Below are positions 11,905 to 23,045 of a stretch of 48,502 nucleotides of DNA, piece by piece. The notes under the pieces are model-generated. The model ran no database searches and was not told the DNA's origin. It saw only the letters and a program-made list of their open reading frames with translations. The translations under genes and the position numbers were made by a program. The stretch is from Reclinomonas americana ATCC 50394. Lineage: Eukaryota. Within the stretch, counting starts at the first letter, position 1, and each line of letters opens with the position of its first letter. Where the stretch lies: NCBI GenBank assembly GCA_048213135.1, contig PS015240.1:1-48502 (forward strand), read 5' to 3'.

Positions 11905-12984
11905 TCACAGTCGAAGACTCTCGTCGGTGAGGCAACGATGGATGACAACCTCCGCCTCCTCCACGATGAAACACCGCAACACAATCTCTGGCAAGCACCG
12001 TGAATCCACCTCCTCTTCCTCCTCACCCTCCCTGTGCTGCATCTCCTGCACCGCCCGCATCGCTGAACGTGCCGCATCCAGTTCCGGCCGAGCCAGGCCG
12101 TACGGCGTTGACCACACTCGCACAGAGCCATCCCCACCTCCACTCACCACGTGCTGTCCATCCGGCGCGACGGCCACACAGCGCACCGAGAAACCCTCCA
12201 ATCTTTGCACTTCTCGGCCTGTCTCCACGGACCATACTCGCATCGTTTGGTCCTTGCTCCCGCTCACAACGTGGCGACCATCCGGAGTGACGGCGACGGA
12301 CCATACCCGCTCAGTGTGTCCCTCCAGACGCCACACTTGTTCGCCAGTCACCAGTGACCACACGCACACTGTCTTGTCCGCACTTCCACCCACTACATGC
12401 CGACCGTCGGGCGTCATGGCGAGACTCCCTGCGCCTCCCTTCATCCGTCGCACCTCTTCTCCGCTCGCCAGCGACCACACACGCACAGTGCTGTCGTTGC
12501 TGCCACTCACCACATGCTGTCCGTCGCGTGTAATGGCCACAGCGAGCACTAATCTCGTGTGTCCCTTCAGCACTCTGACTTGTTCTCCACTCGCCAGAGA
12601 CCACACTCGAATGGTAGTGTCCCAGCTGCCACTTACTGCATGGCGACCGTCGGGAGTGACGGCGACAGACTCAAGCCAGTCAGTGTGACCCTTCAATCGG
12701 CGCACTTCTTTACCGCTCGCCAGTGACCAGACTCGCACAGTCCTGTCCAGACCCCCACTGACAGCGTACTCGCTGTCGGGAGAAACAGCGACAGAGCACA
12801 CATAGTTGGTGTGTCCCTCCAATCGCCGCACTTCCTTCCCACTCGCCAGCGACCACACTCGCACAGTGAAGTCATCACTTCCACTGACGATGTGCTGGCC
12901 ATCGGGAGTGACGGCGACGGACTTGACTTTGCTGGAATGTCCATCCAAGCACTTGCATATGAGAAGAGGAGGAGAGGAAGACAT
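11905..12984 (-). CDS. WD40 array gene A4
   Basis: Intronless MSSSPPLLICKCLDGH, 7 WD40 repeats, tail variant RCLPEIVLRCFIV. Confidence 0.9.
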   Translation of the reverse strand: MSSSPPLLICKCLDGHSSKVKSVAVTPDGQHIVSGSDDFTVRVWSLASGKEVRRLEGHTNYVCSVAVSPDSEYAVSGGLDRTVRVWSLASGKEVRRLKGHTDWLESVAVTPDGRHAVSGSWDTTIRVWSLASGEQVRVLKGHTRLVLAVAITRDGQHVVSGSNDSTVRVWSLASGEEVRRMKGGAGSLAMTPDGRHVVGGSADKTVCVWSLVTGEQVWRLEGHTERVWSVAVTPDGRHVVSGSKDQTMRVWSVETGREVQRLEGFSVRCVAVAPDGQHVVSGGGDGSVRVWSTPYGLARPELDAARSAMRAVQEMQHREGEEEEEVDSRCLPEIVLRCFIVEEAEVVIHRCLTDESLRL

Positions 12985-13248
12985 GCGTTCGGGAGTGGAT
13001 TTCGTTGATTTTTCCGTGTCCTCATTGGAGGGGACGAAACGTGATCGGTCGTCGATGCTCGGTGTTGCTGACCCTGCATGATAGTTTATTATGTGGTGCG
13101 ATAGACAGAGACATAGGTTGCCGAAGAAGCACAACATGAACAATTTGGCGACGAAAGAGTCAAGAAACACAACAGAGACAATACAGAAAGCGAGAGCGAA
13201 GAGGGCGAAGATAGAGAGCAGGGCCTTCTCACTCCTTTCCAACACAAG

Positions 13249-14316
13249 TCACAGTCGAAGGCTGTCGTCCGTGAAGCACCGATGAACGATAACCTCCGCC
13301 TCCTCGACCAAGAAGCACCGCAGAGCAAGCTCTGGAAGGCAGCGCGAATCCACTTCCTCTTCCTCCCCCTGCATCTCCTGCACCGCCCGCATCGCTGAAC
13401 GTGCCGCATCAAGTTCCGGCCGAGCGAGACCACACGGCGTCGACCACACTCGCACAGAGCCGTCCTCACCTCCACTCACCACGTGCTGCCCATCGGCAGT
13501 GACAGCCACACAGCGCACCGAGAAACCCTCCAACCTTTGCACTTCTCGGCCTGTCTCCACGGACCATACTCGCATCGTTTGGTCTCTGCTCCCGCTCACA
13601 ATGTGGCGACCATCCGGAGTGACAGCGACGGACCATACCCGCCCAGTGTGTCCCTCCAGACGCCACACTTGTTCGCCAGTCACCAGTGACCACACGCACA
13701 CTGTCTTGTCCGCACTTCCACCCACTACATGCCGACCGTCGGGCGTGATGGCGAGACTCCCTGCGCGTCCCTTCATCCGTCGCACTTCTTCTCCGCTCGC
13801 CAGCGACCATACACGCACAGTGCCGTCACCGCCGGCACTCACCACATGCTGTCCGTCGGGTGTGATGGCCACAGCGAGCACAAATGTCGTGTGCCCCTTC
13901 ATCACTCTCACCTCTTCACCACTCGCCAGCGACCACACTCGAATGGTGGTGTCCCAACTGCCACTCACTACGTGGCGACCATCGGGAGTGACAGCAACAG
14001 CGTGCACAACTTGAGTGTGACCCTCCAATCGTCGATCTTCTCCGCCACTCGCCAGTGACCAGACTCTCACAGTCCTATCAAGACTCCCACTGACAGCGTA
14101 CTCGCTGTCGGTAGTAACGGCGACAGAGCTCACATAGTTGGTGTGACCCTCCAACCGCCGCACTTCCTTCCCAATCGCCAGCGACCACACTCGCACAGTG
14201 AAGTCCTCACTTCCACTGACGATGTGCTGGCCATCGGGAGTGACGGCGACGGACTTGACTTTGCTGGAATGTGCACCCAAGCACTTGCATATGAGAAGAG
14301 GAGGAGAGATAGACAT
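13249..14316 (-). CDS. WD40 array gene A5 (recent duplicate of A4)
   Basis: Intronless MSISPPLLICKCLGAH. Shares the shortened blades (G.AGSLA, GFSVRCV) with A4. Confidence 0.9.
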   Translation of the reverse strand: MSISPPLLICKCLGAHSSKVKSVAVTPDGQHIVSGSEDFTVRVWSLAIGKEVRRLEGHTNYVSSVAVTTDSEYAVSGSLDRTVRVWSLASGGEDRRLEGHTQVVHAVAVTPDGRHVVSGSWDTTIRVWSLASGEEVRVMKGHTTFVLAVAITPDGQHVVSAGGDGTVRVWSLASGEEVRRMKGRAGSLAITPDGRHVVGGSADKTVCVWSLVTGEQVWRLEGHTGRVWSVAVTPDGRHIVSGSRDQTMRVWSVETGREVQRLEGFSVRCVAVTADGQHVVSGGEDGSVRVWSTPCGLARPELDAARSAMRAVQEMQGEEEEVDSRCLPELALRCFLVEEAEVIVHRCFTDDSLRL

Positions 14317-14559
14317 GCGTTTGAGACTGATTTTTCCATGTCCTCTTTGGAGGGGACGAAACGTGAACGGCCGTCGATGCTCGGTGTAGTTTATTATGTG
14401 GTGCAATACACAGAGACATAGGCTGCTGAGCAGAACAACAATTTGGCGACGTCGTACATGCACATGACGAAGAAACGTCGATAAAGAAACACAAGACAAC
14501 ACAGAAAGGGAGAGAGAGAGAGAGAGCACAGGGCTTTCTCACTCCTTCTCCAACACAAG

Positions 14560-15639
14560 TCACAGTCCCATGCCCCCGTCAGAGACGGACCGATGAACGA
14601 CAACCTCCGCCTCCTCCACCAGGAAGCAGCGAAGGACGATCTCCACCAAGCAACGCGGATCCTCTTCGCCCTCATCCTGCATTTCCTGTGCGGCATGCAT
14701 GGCCGAGCGTGCTGCATCGAGCTCCTGCCGAGCGAGACCGTACAGCGTGGACCAAACTTGCAATGTCTTGTCAAGACAGCCGCTCACAATTTGTTGGCCG
14801 TCAGGAGTGACGGCGACACACTTCACACCTGCAGTGTGCCCCTCCAACCGCCGCACCTCTTCTCCACTCGCCAGCGACCACATACGCACTGTCTTGTCTC
14901 CACTCCCACTCACCACATGGCGGCCGTCGGCTGTGACGGCGACAGACTTCACACCTCCAGTGTGTCCCTCCATTCGACGCACCTCCTCGCCGCTTGCCAT
15001 GCACCACATGCGCACTGTTCCGTCGTCACTGCCACGCACCACGTATTGGGAGTCGGGAGTGACGGCGACAGACAGCACTTTTTCCCGGGCAGTCGCAAAC
15101 AGTCGCACCTCCTTCCCACTCGCCAACGACCACATTCGCACGGTTTCATCCCGACTCCCACTCACTATGTGCTGACCGTCAGGAGCGACGGCAACACACA
15201 GCACCCGGCTCCTGTGTCCCTTCAACAGTCGCACGTGCTTACCAGTCGCCAGCGACCACACTCGCACTGTGCAGTCCTCACCCCCACTGACGGCATGCTG
15301 GCTGTCGGGAATGACGGCCACGGTCCACACTGTACCAATGTGCCCCGCCAAGCGTCGCACCACCGTGCCACTGGCGAGGGACCACACTCGCACAGAAAAG
15401 TCCTCACTCCCACTCACGATGTGCTGGCCATCGGGAGTCACTGCCACAGAGTTCACCCGTCCAGTGTGTCCCTCCAGCCGTTGCACCTCCTGTCCACTCG
15501 CGAGTGACCACACTCGCACAGTGCGGTCACTGCTGCCACTCACAACAAATTGGCCATCGCGAGTGATGGCGACAGAGTGCACCACTGCCGTGTGCCCACG
15601 CAGGTACTTGCAATGGAGGGATGGGGGAGCCGAGGACAT
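14560..15639 (-). CDS. WD40 array gene A6
   Basis: Intronless MSSAPPSLHCKYLRGH, 7 WD40 repeats, same tail. Confidence 0.9.
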   Translation of the reverse strand: MSSAPPSLHCKYLRGHTAVVHSVAITRDGQFVVSGSSDRTVRVWSLASGQEVQRLEGHTGRVNSVAVTPDGQHIVSGSEDFSVRVWSLASGTVVRRLAGHIGTVWTVAVIPDSQHAVSGGEDCTVRVWSLATGKHVRLLKGHRSRVLCVAVAPDGQHIVSGSRDETVRMWSLASGKEVRLFATAREKVLSVAVTPDSQYVVRGSDDGTVRMWCMASGEEVRRMEGHTGGVKSVAVTADGRHVVSGSGDKTVRMWSLASGEEVRRLEGHTAGVKCVAVTPDGQQIVSGCLDKTLQVWSTLYGLARQELDAARSAMHAAQEMQDEGEEDPRCLVEIVLRCFLVEEAEVVVHRSVSDGGMGL

Positions 15640-15726
15640 GGTGCGAGAGAGCGTATAAAGAGAGAAAAGAAGGCAACGAGAGTGTGAATGCGCGCGTTCG
15701 TGTCTGGTGGAGGGATGTGCCGGCGT

Positions 15727-15746
15727 TGTCCTTCACTCAAAGGACA
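15727..15746. promoter_or_regulatory. Representative GTCC-N10-GGAC inverted repeat found upstream of every WD40 array gene
   Basis: TGTCC-ttcactcaaa-GGACA. Equivalents start at 9044, 10414, 11764, 13017, 14339, 16690, 33178, 34601 and 35934 (all N10), and at 31831 (N5). Confidence 0.75.
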
Positions 15747-15963
15747 CTCCTTTCCTTGAACTTCGTTCTTGTCGCCGTGCAACATGCGCGTCGCTCGTCA
15801 ACGCGGAGAATAGTTTATTATGTGCAAGGCAAAAAAATGAATGGCGAAAGTTGGCAACAATGGCAGCACAAACACACACACACAAGTGCAGAATTGTACA
15901 ATGATAGAGAGAGAGAGAGAGAGAGAGAGAGCTCCAAGCATTTCTCTTGAAACAGAAAGAGAA

Positions 15964-16623
15964 TCACAGTCCCATGCCCCCGTCAGAGACGGATCGATGC
16001 ACCACGACAGCTGCGTCCTCCACCAGGAAGCATCGCAGCACGAACTCCACCAAGCAACGCGGGTCACCCTCTTCGTCGTCCTTCCCCTGCATCCCCTGCA
16101 CCGCGCGCATCGCCGAACCCGCGAGATCAAGCTCCAGGCGAGCGAGGCCGCACGGCGTCGACCACACTCTCACCAACGAGTCGTCACACGCAGTTACGAT
16201 GTGCTGACCATCAGGAGAGACAGCGATACAATTCGTCCCTACGAAGTTCTCGCTCATCCGCCACACCTCTCGTCCGCTCTTCATCGACCAAACTCGTACG
16301 GTGGAGTCGAACATGTAACTCCCACTAATCACATGCTGAGCATCGGGAGTGACGGCGACAGCCAACACTGCATCGGCATGACCCTCCAGCCGTCGCACCA
16401 CGCTTCCACTTGTCAGCGAATGAACAAGCAGGGTGCCATCATGGTCCCCACTCACAACGTGCTGACCATCGAGAGNNNNNNNNNNNNNNNNNNNNNNNNN
16501 NNNNNNNNNNNNNNNNNNNNNNNNNNNNNNNNNNNNNNNNNNNNNNNNNNNNNNNNNNNNNNNNNNNNNNNNNNNNNNNNNNNNNNNNNNNNNNNNNNNN
16601 NNNNNNNNNNNNNAGGAGGACAT
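15964..16623 (-). CDS. WD40 array gene A7 (interrupted by N gap; blade number unknown)
   Basis: MSS start, gap 16476-16613, then about 3 visible WD40 repeats and the conserved tail. Confidence 0.8.
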   Translation of the reverse strand: MSSXXXXXXXXXXXXXXXXXXXXXXXXXXXXXXXXXXXXXXXXXXXXXXXLDGQHVVSGDHDGTLLVHSLTSGSVVRRLEGHADAVLAVAVTPDAQHVISGSYMFDSTVRVWSMKSGREVWRMSENFVGTNCIAVSPDGQHIVTACDDSLVRVWSTPCGLARLELDLAGSAMRAVQGMQGKDDEEGDPRCLVEFVLRCFLVEDAAVVVHRSVSDGGMGL

Positions 16624-16750
16624 TGTGCGAAAGAGAGGCGAGAGAGAGAGCGATGAGAGTGTGAATGCGCTGCGTGCGTGTGCTTGTAATGTCCTTCACA
16701 TGGAGGACACGGCTTGAACTTCCGGGCAACAAAGGGTTTACTCAACTTCA

Positions 16751-17875
16751 TCATCTCCCCACCACCGCCCTCACCGCCCGCGCCGCCCTCTTCACCCGAT
16801 CGCACACGCTCCTCGTGAACCCCGTCACGCACCACCACAACACGCCGGCGCTCACCAGCACCAAACCCGGCAGCCACTTGTGCAGATTGCGCGGGCAGCT
16901 GCCGACCACCCGCCCTTTCGCCGACGCGTCGACCACCACCGGGTACTGCGTGCCGCCGGCATCCGCCAAATGGCCCACATACACCGGCACGTAGGCCACC
17001 GCACGCAAACGGCGCTCACGAAGTCGCGGCGCGACACTACAATCCATGCTGACCACTGTCGACTTGGCGCCATCGCCAAACACCATGCTCGTGGCATGCT
17101 GTCGACAGGCATTCTCCCACAGCTCCTTCTCCACTCGCCGCTGCAGCACATCCGCATACACCACATCGACTGGTGCACTGGCCACCACCGGCACCGCATC
17201 ATCACCATCGCCCACCATTGGCACAAACTCCTCGTGCAGCTGCGCCACCATGGTCGACGCCACATTGACCGGATACAGCGACTCCACCAGCTCGCGGTGT
17301 CGCCGCTCCGGCAGCGCAAATGCACAGCAGTGCGCATGTACAAGCAACTCCACGTGTTGATTGCGAACCGGAAGGCGGACAGTTGGCGGCTGTTGTTGCT
17401 GCTGTTGTTGCTCTGCGCCCGAGACAGCAACGTCCAGCGACGCCGCGTATGTGCCATCGAGCTTGCACTGCGAGATAGATAGAGAGGAGTGAGAGAGATA
17501 GCTGGGGGGAAAGTGAAGAGAGAGAGAGAGAGAGACTGACCTCGAACACATAGAGCGGGACGTATTTCAATGACAACTCGGCGTCGGCCATCAACTCCGC
17601 AGTTTCTGCTCATGCGATCAATCACTCAGTCACACACACACACACATGCCCTCACACAGAGAGCAGACGAACCAGCAGCTCGAAACCACGTGCCATCTGT
17701 TTGTCAGTTCGCGCATGTGTGAGAGAAAAGTCAGTGACACGTGTTGATACTCTCCCTCTCTTCCTCTCTCTCACACACCGACCCATCGCCGGAGTTTCTC
17801 TCGGGCTTGATCGGGCGTGTGTGCGCTGGGAAGGTACCACACTGTGGTGGCGGGTTGATCGTGGTCGTCGTCCAT
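16751..17875 (-). CDS. Uncharacterised protein with C-terminal transmembrane helix
   Basis: Exons 17875-17779, 17696-17673, 17605-17541, 17467-16751 splice in phase. Motifs AREKLRRWVDGTWF, YVPLYVF, AYVPVYVG...YPVVVDASAKGRVVGSCP, then hydrophobic WLPGLVLVSAGVLWWCV. Confidence 0.65.
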
Positions 17876-17991
17876 TGTGCGCAAGAGAAGACGAATGAGT
17901 TTGATTTGAGGACGACGACAGGACGATAGCAGAGTTCACTTCTTGTTGATCACCGGTGACCTCTTCTTCTCTGTGCGAGCTTGTGTGACTC

Positions 17992-19617
17992 TCAAGGGAA
18001 TCGTGGGAACATGCCGCCGGTGCCGAGAACGTCGCCACCTCCGCGGTGGCTGTTGAAGGGATCCATGCCGCCGCCGCCGGTGCCGCTGCTGCCTTCGCCT
18101 TGCTTGCTCTTTGGCTTCTTCTGCGGGGGGGATGAGAAGGAGAAGAAGTGAGGTGAGGGCGAGGGGAGGGGAAAGGGGGGAAGGGGGAAGGGGAAGGNNN
18201 NNNNNNNNNNNNNNNNNGTCGATACCCACGGTCGCCGCCATGTCGGAGATGGACAGGGTGAGGTAGGTGTGCGTGAGGCGGCGAATGTGGTGCCGCTTGA
18301 TGGCGCCAATCGCTTGCCTCACCAGACCCATGTTGGAGTCCTGCAGCACCCAACATCAGTGACTTCTCCTTCCCCTCCTCTCCTTCTGCGTCACCACACC
18401 TTGGCGTACTGCTCGACATTCTTCTGCAACACAGCCTCGACGGCGGCGCGATCAAATTTGGACACGGCCTCGGCCAACTCCAAATAATCCTCCGCCCCCG
18501 CCTTCAGGTCGCGCAATTGCACCGCCTGCACGCCGCGCGGCTGCAGCACACGGCCGTCGCTAATCAACGACACCAAGATGAACTTGCGATACGCATCGAG
18601 CGCAATGGCGCTGAGGGTGGCGCACGGGTGTTGCAGGGCGGCGGTGAAGGCCGCCAGCGCCTGCTTCCAGCTCTTGATGGCGGCGAATGCCACACCCGCG
18701 TACTGGAAGTAGCGCAGCACATCCGAGGCGGTGATGCCGCTCTCCGAGCTCAAATCAAACACCGGTCGCTCGGCCGCAAAGCGCGCGGCCTCGGCAAACT
18801 TTTGCTGGCGCAACAGCAGCATCAAAATGTCGGCGTGCGGTCCCGTCAGCTGCTCACCGTTGCTGGTCAGCTTGGCGGCGGCCAGTTGCAGATGCTGCAC
18901 GCCGCGCGAGGCCATCTCCACGGGGATGGTGGTGGCGTATTGTCGGCACAGGAAGCTGACTGTGAAGGGAGAGAGAAGGGGGGTGAGGGAAGGACGGTGG
19001 GGAAGGGGGTAAAATGCGGGACGACGCAACATCGGTCACCCGCCAGCCTCAGCTGCCTCTCACTGCCCTGCTCAATCACGGTCTCCACCTGTCGCCACAG
19101 AGTCGGGTAGTCCACTGGGAAGTGTCCGTGTGCGGCGCCGCCGCCAGCCGCGCCGGGGAGGTTGGCGGCTTGGATTTTCGCGAACCTGGAGGTGGGGGAA
19201 GGGCGTAAGGGAAAGGGGGAAGGAGGTGGGGAAGGGGGGCAACGGGAAGAACACAGGGAGAGAGGAAAACAAGAACAGCACGAATACTGTGTCTTTTCTG
19301 CAACTGCTGAGACCATTCTCTATCGTGGCTATCACTCAGAAGAGGTGAGGAGACGACTGAAGATGTTGACAATAAAAGAACAGGTTGAAGTAAGTGATGG
19401 CCATACGAAGTACAAGAGGAAAGGGGGAGATTAGCACACGGAGCCACGCGACAGGGTGCACAGAAACGTTACACATGAAGAATCGAACTGTTGTGTTGAT
19501 CTGCGAGTTGGGGAGAGGCAGACGTCGTGGAGAGAAAGGAGAGGAAATGATACGACAATGACTTGAGTTGCGGAAGCTACACGCAGAGAGAAGAACAGAC
19601 TGACATCCCACTTACTC

Positions 19618-19650
<33 letters not shown>

Positions 19651-20355
19651 TCACACACGCACACACACACACACACACGCACACACACTCACACAATGCA
19701 AACTACACAAGTTGTCTCTCACTCTCGTCAGACTCATTCTCTTCTGCTCTCTCTCTCTCTCTCACTCACTCANNNNNNNNNNNNNNNNNNNNNNNNNNNN
19801 NNNNNNNNNNNNNNNNNNNNNNNNNNNNNNNNNNNNNNNNNNNNNNNNNNNNNNNNNNNNNNNNNNNNNNNNNNNNNNNNNNNNNNNNNNNNNNNNNNNN
19901 NNNNNNNNNNNNNNNNNNNNNNNNNNNNNNNNNNNNNNNNNNNNNNNNNNNNNNNNNNNNNNNNNNNNNNNNNNNNNNNNNNNNNNNNNNNNNNNNNNNN
20001 NNNNNNNNNNNNNNNNNNNNNNNNNNNNNNNNNNNNNNNNNNNNNNNNNNNNNNNNNNNNNNNNNNNNNNNNNNNNNNNNNNNNNNNNNNNNNNNNNNNN
20101 NNNNNNNNNNNNNNNNNNNNNNNNNNNNNNNNNNNNNNNNNNNNNNNNNNNNNNNNNNNNNNNNNNNNNNNNNNNNNNNNNNNNNNNNNNNNNNNNNNNN
20201 NNNNNNNNNNNNNNNNNNNNNNNNNNNNNNNNNNNNNNNNNNNNNNNNNNNNNNNNNNNNNNNNNNNNNNNNNNNNNNNNNNNNNNNNNNNNNNNNNNNN
20301 NNNNNNNNNNNNNNNNNNNNNNNNNNNNNNNNNNNNNNNNNNCTCCTTCTCTTCT

Positions 20356-20393
<38 letters not shown>

Positions 20394-20508
20394 ACACTCA
20401 CTCACAAACTCTCTCTCACACACACACTCACACAATGCAAACTACACAAGGTGCTCCCACACTTGTCTCCAATCCATGCAGCACTCTCGTCAGACTCATT
20501 CTCTTCTG

Positions 20509-20544
<36 letters not shown>

Positions 20545-20882
20545 CTCACAAGCCTCTCTCTGCGCGTGTGACTTTCACACGGACATGACCATCTCTTCCC
20601 CCCTTCTATTCTTATCTCTCTCCTTTTCTCCCGCCACCTGTTACGCAACAGCAGATACACAATGCCCGCTGTATGCTGATCCGCGCGCAAGGTGCCGACT
20701 GCGCTGTCCACATCGGCCGCCTGTTGCACCATGGCCGCGGCCATCTTGTCCAGCGCACCCCGCAACTGTTTCAAGTGCTTCCGCTCGCCTCCTGTGGCTG
20801 CTGCTCCTGGTGCAGCAGCCGCAGCAGTGGAGGAGGAAGAGGGATTGCTCTTGCTGATGATCTCGTGGATGATGTAGTCCAT
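17992..20882 (-). CDS. CSN3: COP9 signalosome subunit 3 (PCI domain; part hidden in gap 18198-18217)
   Basis: Exons 20882-20650, 19185-19031, 18959-18400, 18340-gap, ~18120-17992. Motifs EQLTGPHAD, LRYFQYAG, LSAIALDAYRKFILVSLI, DSNMGLVRQ...IRRLTHTYLTLSISDMA match CSN3/COPS3. Confidence 0.9.
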
Positions 20883-20974
20883 TCTCGCGACGTGAAAGTG
20901 GAGAGCAATGGGACAGTGGGACGATGCATTCCCTCAATGGCTGCCTTGTGTTGAGGGCGTAGGCCGGAGAGGAG

Positions 20975-21605
20975 AGGGTGCTCTTGCTTGTGATCTCAGC
21001 GCCGTCGATTTTCCACCTCAGGATCGCCTTGTAATGAAGTCGGACGATGAACGCTCAGAGGACAATGCGTCTTTTTCAACATGCAGAACTCGGTTTCCTC
21101 ATCGCGACGGCCCAAGCGGGAGTGGAGGCAGTGCTCTTGCTTGTATTTCGATTGCCGTTGATTCCACGCCTCAGGACCGTCTTGCAGCGAAGTGGGAAGG
21201 GAATTTCGCGCGGGCGCGTTTCTCAACGCGCAGAACTTAGTTTTCTCAGCGCGATGGTCCTAGCGGGAAGGGAGGCGATGTCCCTGCTTGTTATCCAAGC
21301 GCCGTCGATTTTCCATCTCAGGATCGCCTTGTGATGCAGTCGGACGAGGGACGAGCAGAGGACGATGCATTCCTCAACATGCAGAACTTGGTTTTTCCCT
21401 CGCGATTGCTAAAGCAAGAGATGAGGAGGTGCTCCTGCTTGTGCTTTGATCGCCGTTGGTTTTGCTCGTCAGGATCGGCCTGTGAAGTCGGACGACAGTC
21501 GAGTAAAGGACGACGCCTTCCGCCACCTACGGCCGCTACTGTTCTGATTGCGACCGTGGAGTCTGTAGCGGAGATTGTGCTCTTACTTTGCATCCAAGCG
21601 TCGGT
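20975..21605. repeat. Degenerate ~150-bp tandem repeat (4 copies plus a partial one) in the CSN3/PEN-2 divergent intergenic region
   Basis: gtgctcytgcttgt...gccgtygatt...tcaggaycg...gaagtcggacga...caacatgcagaact starts at about 20979, 21131, 21280, 21429 and 21577. Confidence 0.8.
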
Positions 21606-21828
21606 GCTTGCACGCATCGAGATCAGCTTCCAGCGAAACCGGATGCGAGACGTCGTGTGGAGGACGATGCATTCAGCCACCTTACAGCCGCTCCTGTTCC
21701 AACTGCATCGGCGTAGTCTATAGCAGAGACGGTACTCTTACTTATCACCCAATCGCCGGTGCTTGGACGCATCGGGAACAGCTTGCCAAAGCAGCAGGAC
21801 GCACACAGGACCCTTCATTTTCAATCAA

Positions 21829-22297
21829 ATGAGTCGCGTGGGAGACGGCGAAGACGAGCGCGAGGCCGGCGAGTCACTGCTGGCAAGCGACGCACTGGAG
21901 GAGGTAACCACAATGCAAGCAATAAGGAAACAACGAAACACTCGTCTCACCCACACTCTCTCATGTGCAGGATGATGGTGTCACCTCGCCTTCTCTTGCC
22001 CTCGACGCGCCTTCCTCTTCCTCTGCTGCTGCTGCTGCTGTTGTAGCAGCAGCTGCGCCTGTGTCGTCTTCTGTTGATCCAATGTCTGTGTTGGATTTGG
22101 CGGAGGATGAGGAGGATGATGATGAGGAGGAGGATCCTGAGTTTACTCTGGAGGCCAAGGAGAAGGTGGCCAGGAAATATACGTATGAGGGGGGAAAGGG
22201 AGGAGGGAGGGAGGGAGGGAGGGAGGGAGGGAGGGAGGGAGGGAGGGAGGGAGAGGAGAAGGGAAAGAGTGAGAGAGAGGGAGTGTGTGTGAGAGAC

Positions 22298-22328
<31 letters not shown>

Positions 22329-22395
22329 AGGAAGAGAGAGAAGAGAGAGGAGAGAGAGGAGGAGTGAGAGAGAGAGACGAGAGAGAGAGAGAGAG

Positions 22396-22452
<57 letters not shown>

Positions 22453-23018
22453 TGAGAGACAGAGACAGTGCTGGTGAACTCTGCGACAAGAGGCAGTCGG
22501 TGATACGAAGCGAGTCTCGCTCTTCTTTCAGCTGCAGACCTCCGACTTCTGTTTCCCTTCTCCCTCTCCCCACCTCGTCTCTCGTTTCTCTCTTTCTCTC
22601 GCGCTGTCTCCTCATTCACGCTGAGTGTGGCGACGCTTTCCCTGGGGCACTGCTTGAGATGATCGCCGAGTAGTTGTCCCTTCTTGTGTGATCCTCACCG
22701 CTGACTTTTCGTGTCTCTGCACATTTTCTCGCCGGGTTCCTGCTCCTCCCATGGATGTGGGCCGTGGCGGTGCTCATGATCGGCCAGTGGAAGAAGAAGG
22801 CCGCTGGCATCACGCCCAAGCTGGAGTGGTGTTGCGTCATCATCATCGTCTTTCATCGCCTCCCTGCTTCTCATGTCTCACCGCGCCCGCCAGACTCGCG
22901 CACGTGCGCCATCCTCTTCTTCTCCTCCATCGGCGCCTTTGTCATGTGGATCGTCAGCTACTACTACCTCAGCGGTTCCACTCTCTTCGACATGAATCTA
23001 TCCGTGCAATACATTTGA
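21829..23018 (+). CDS. PSENEN: Gamma-secretase subunit PEN-2 homolog with acidic N-terminal extension
   Basis: Exons 21829-21903, 21971-22178, 22723-22830, 22894-23018 (516 nt) give ...EAKEKVARKYFLAGFLLLPWMWAV...KLEWYSRTCAILFFSSIGAFVMWIVSYY..., matching PEN-2 [24 protein letters not shown]. Intron 2 must be AT-AC. Confidence 0.82.
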
Positions 23019-23045
23019 GCTGCAATGTACGACGCGGCAATGCAA

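Noticed and set aside
13081-13095. Conserved ATAAAC/GTAAAC motif in WD40 intergenic spacers as a forkhead site
   Set aside because: It reads AATAAA/AGTAAA on the coding strand downstream of the previous gene's stop, so a poly(A) signal is the simpler explanation.
7908-16623. Diversity-generating retroelement or transposon origin of WD40 variation
   Set aside because: No reverse transcriptase, transposase, template repeat, terminal repeats or evident adenine-specific variation in the window.
17992-20882. Functional clustering of CSN3 (cullin deneddylase complex) with putative WD40 CRL receptors
   Set aside because: Adjacency in a gene-dense eukaryotic genome is weak evidence, and I see no GTCC-N10-GGAC dyad upstream of CSN3.
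20975-21605. CRISPR-like appearance of the spaced repeats (also 4300-4790 and 47848-48361)
   Set aside because: Eukaryotic context, repeats are degenerate along the whole unit or are exons, there are no unique equal-length spacers, and no cas genes.
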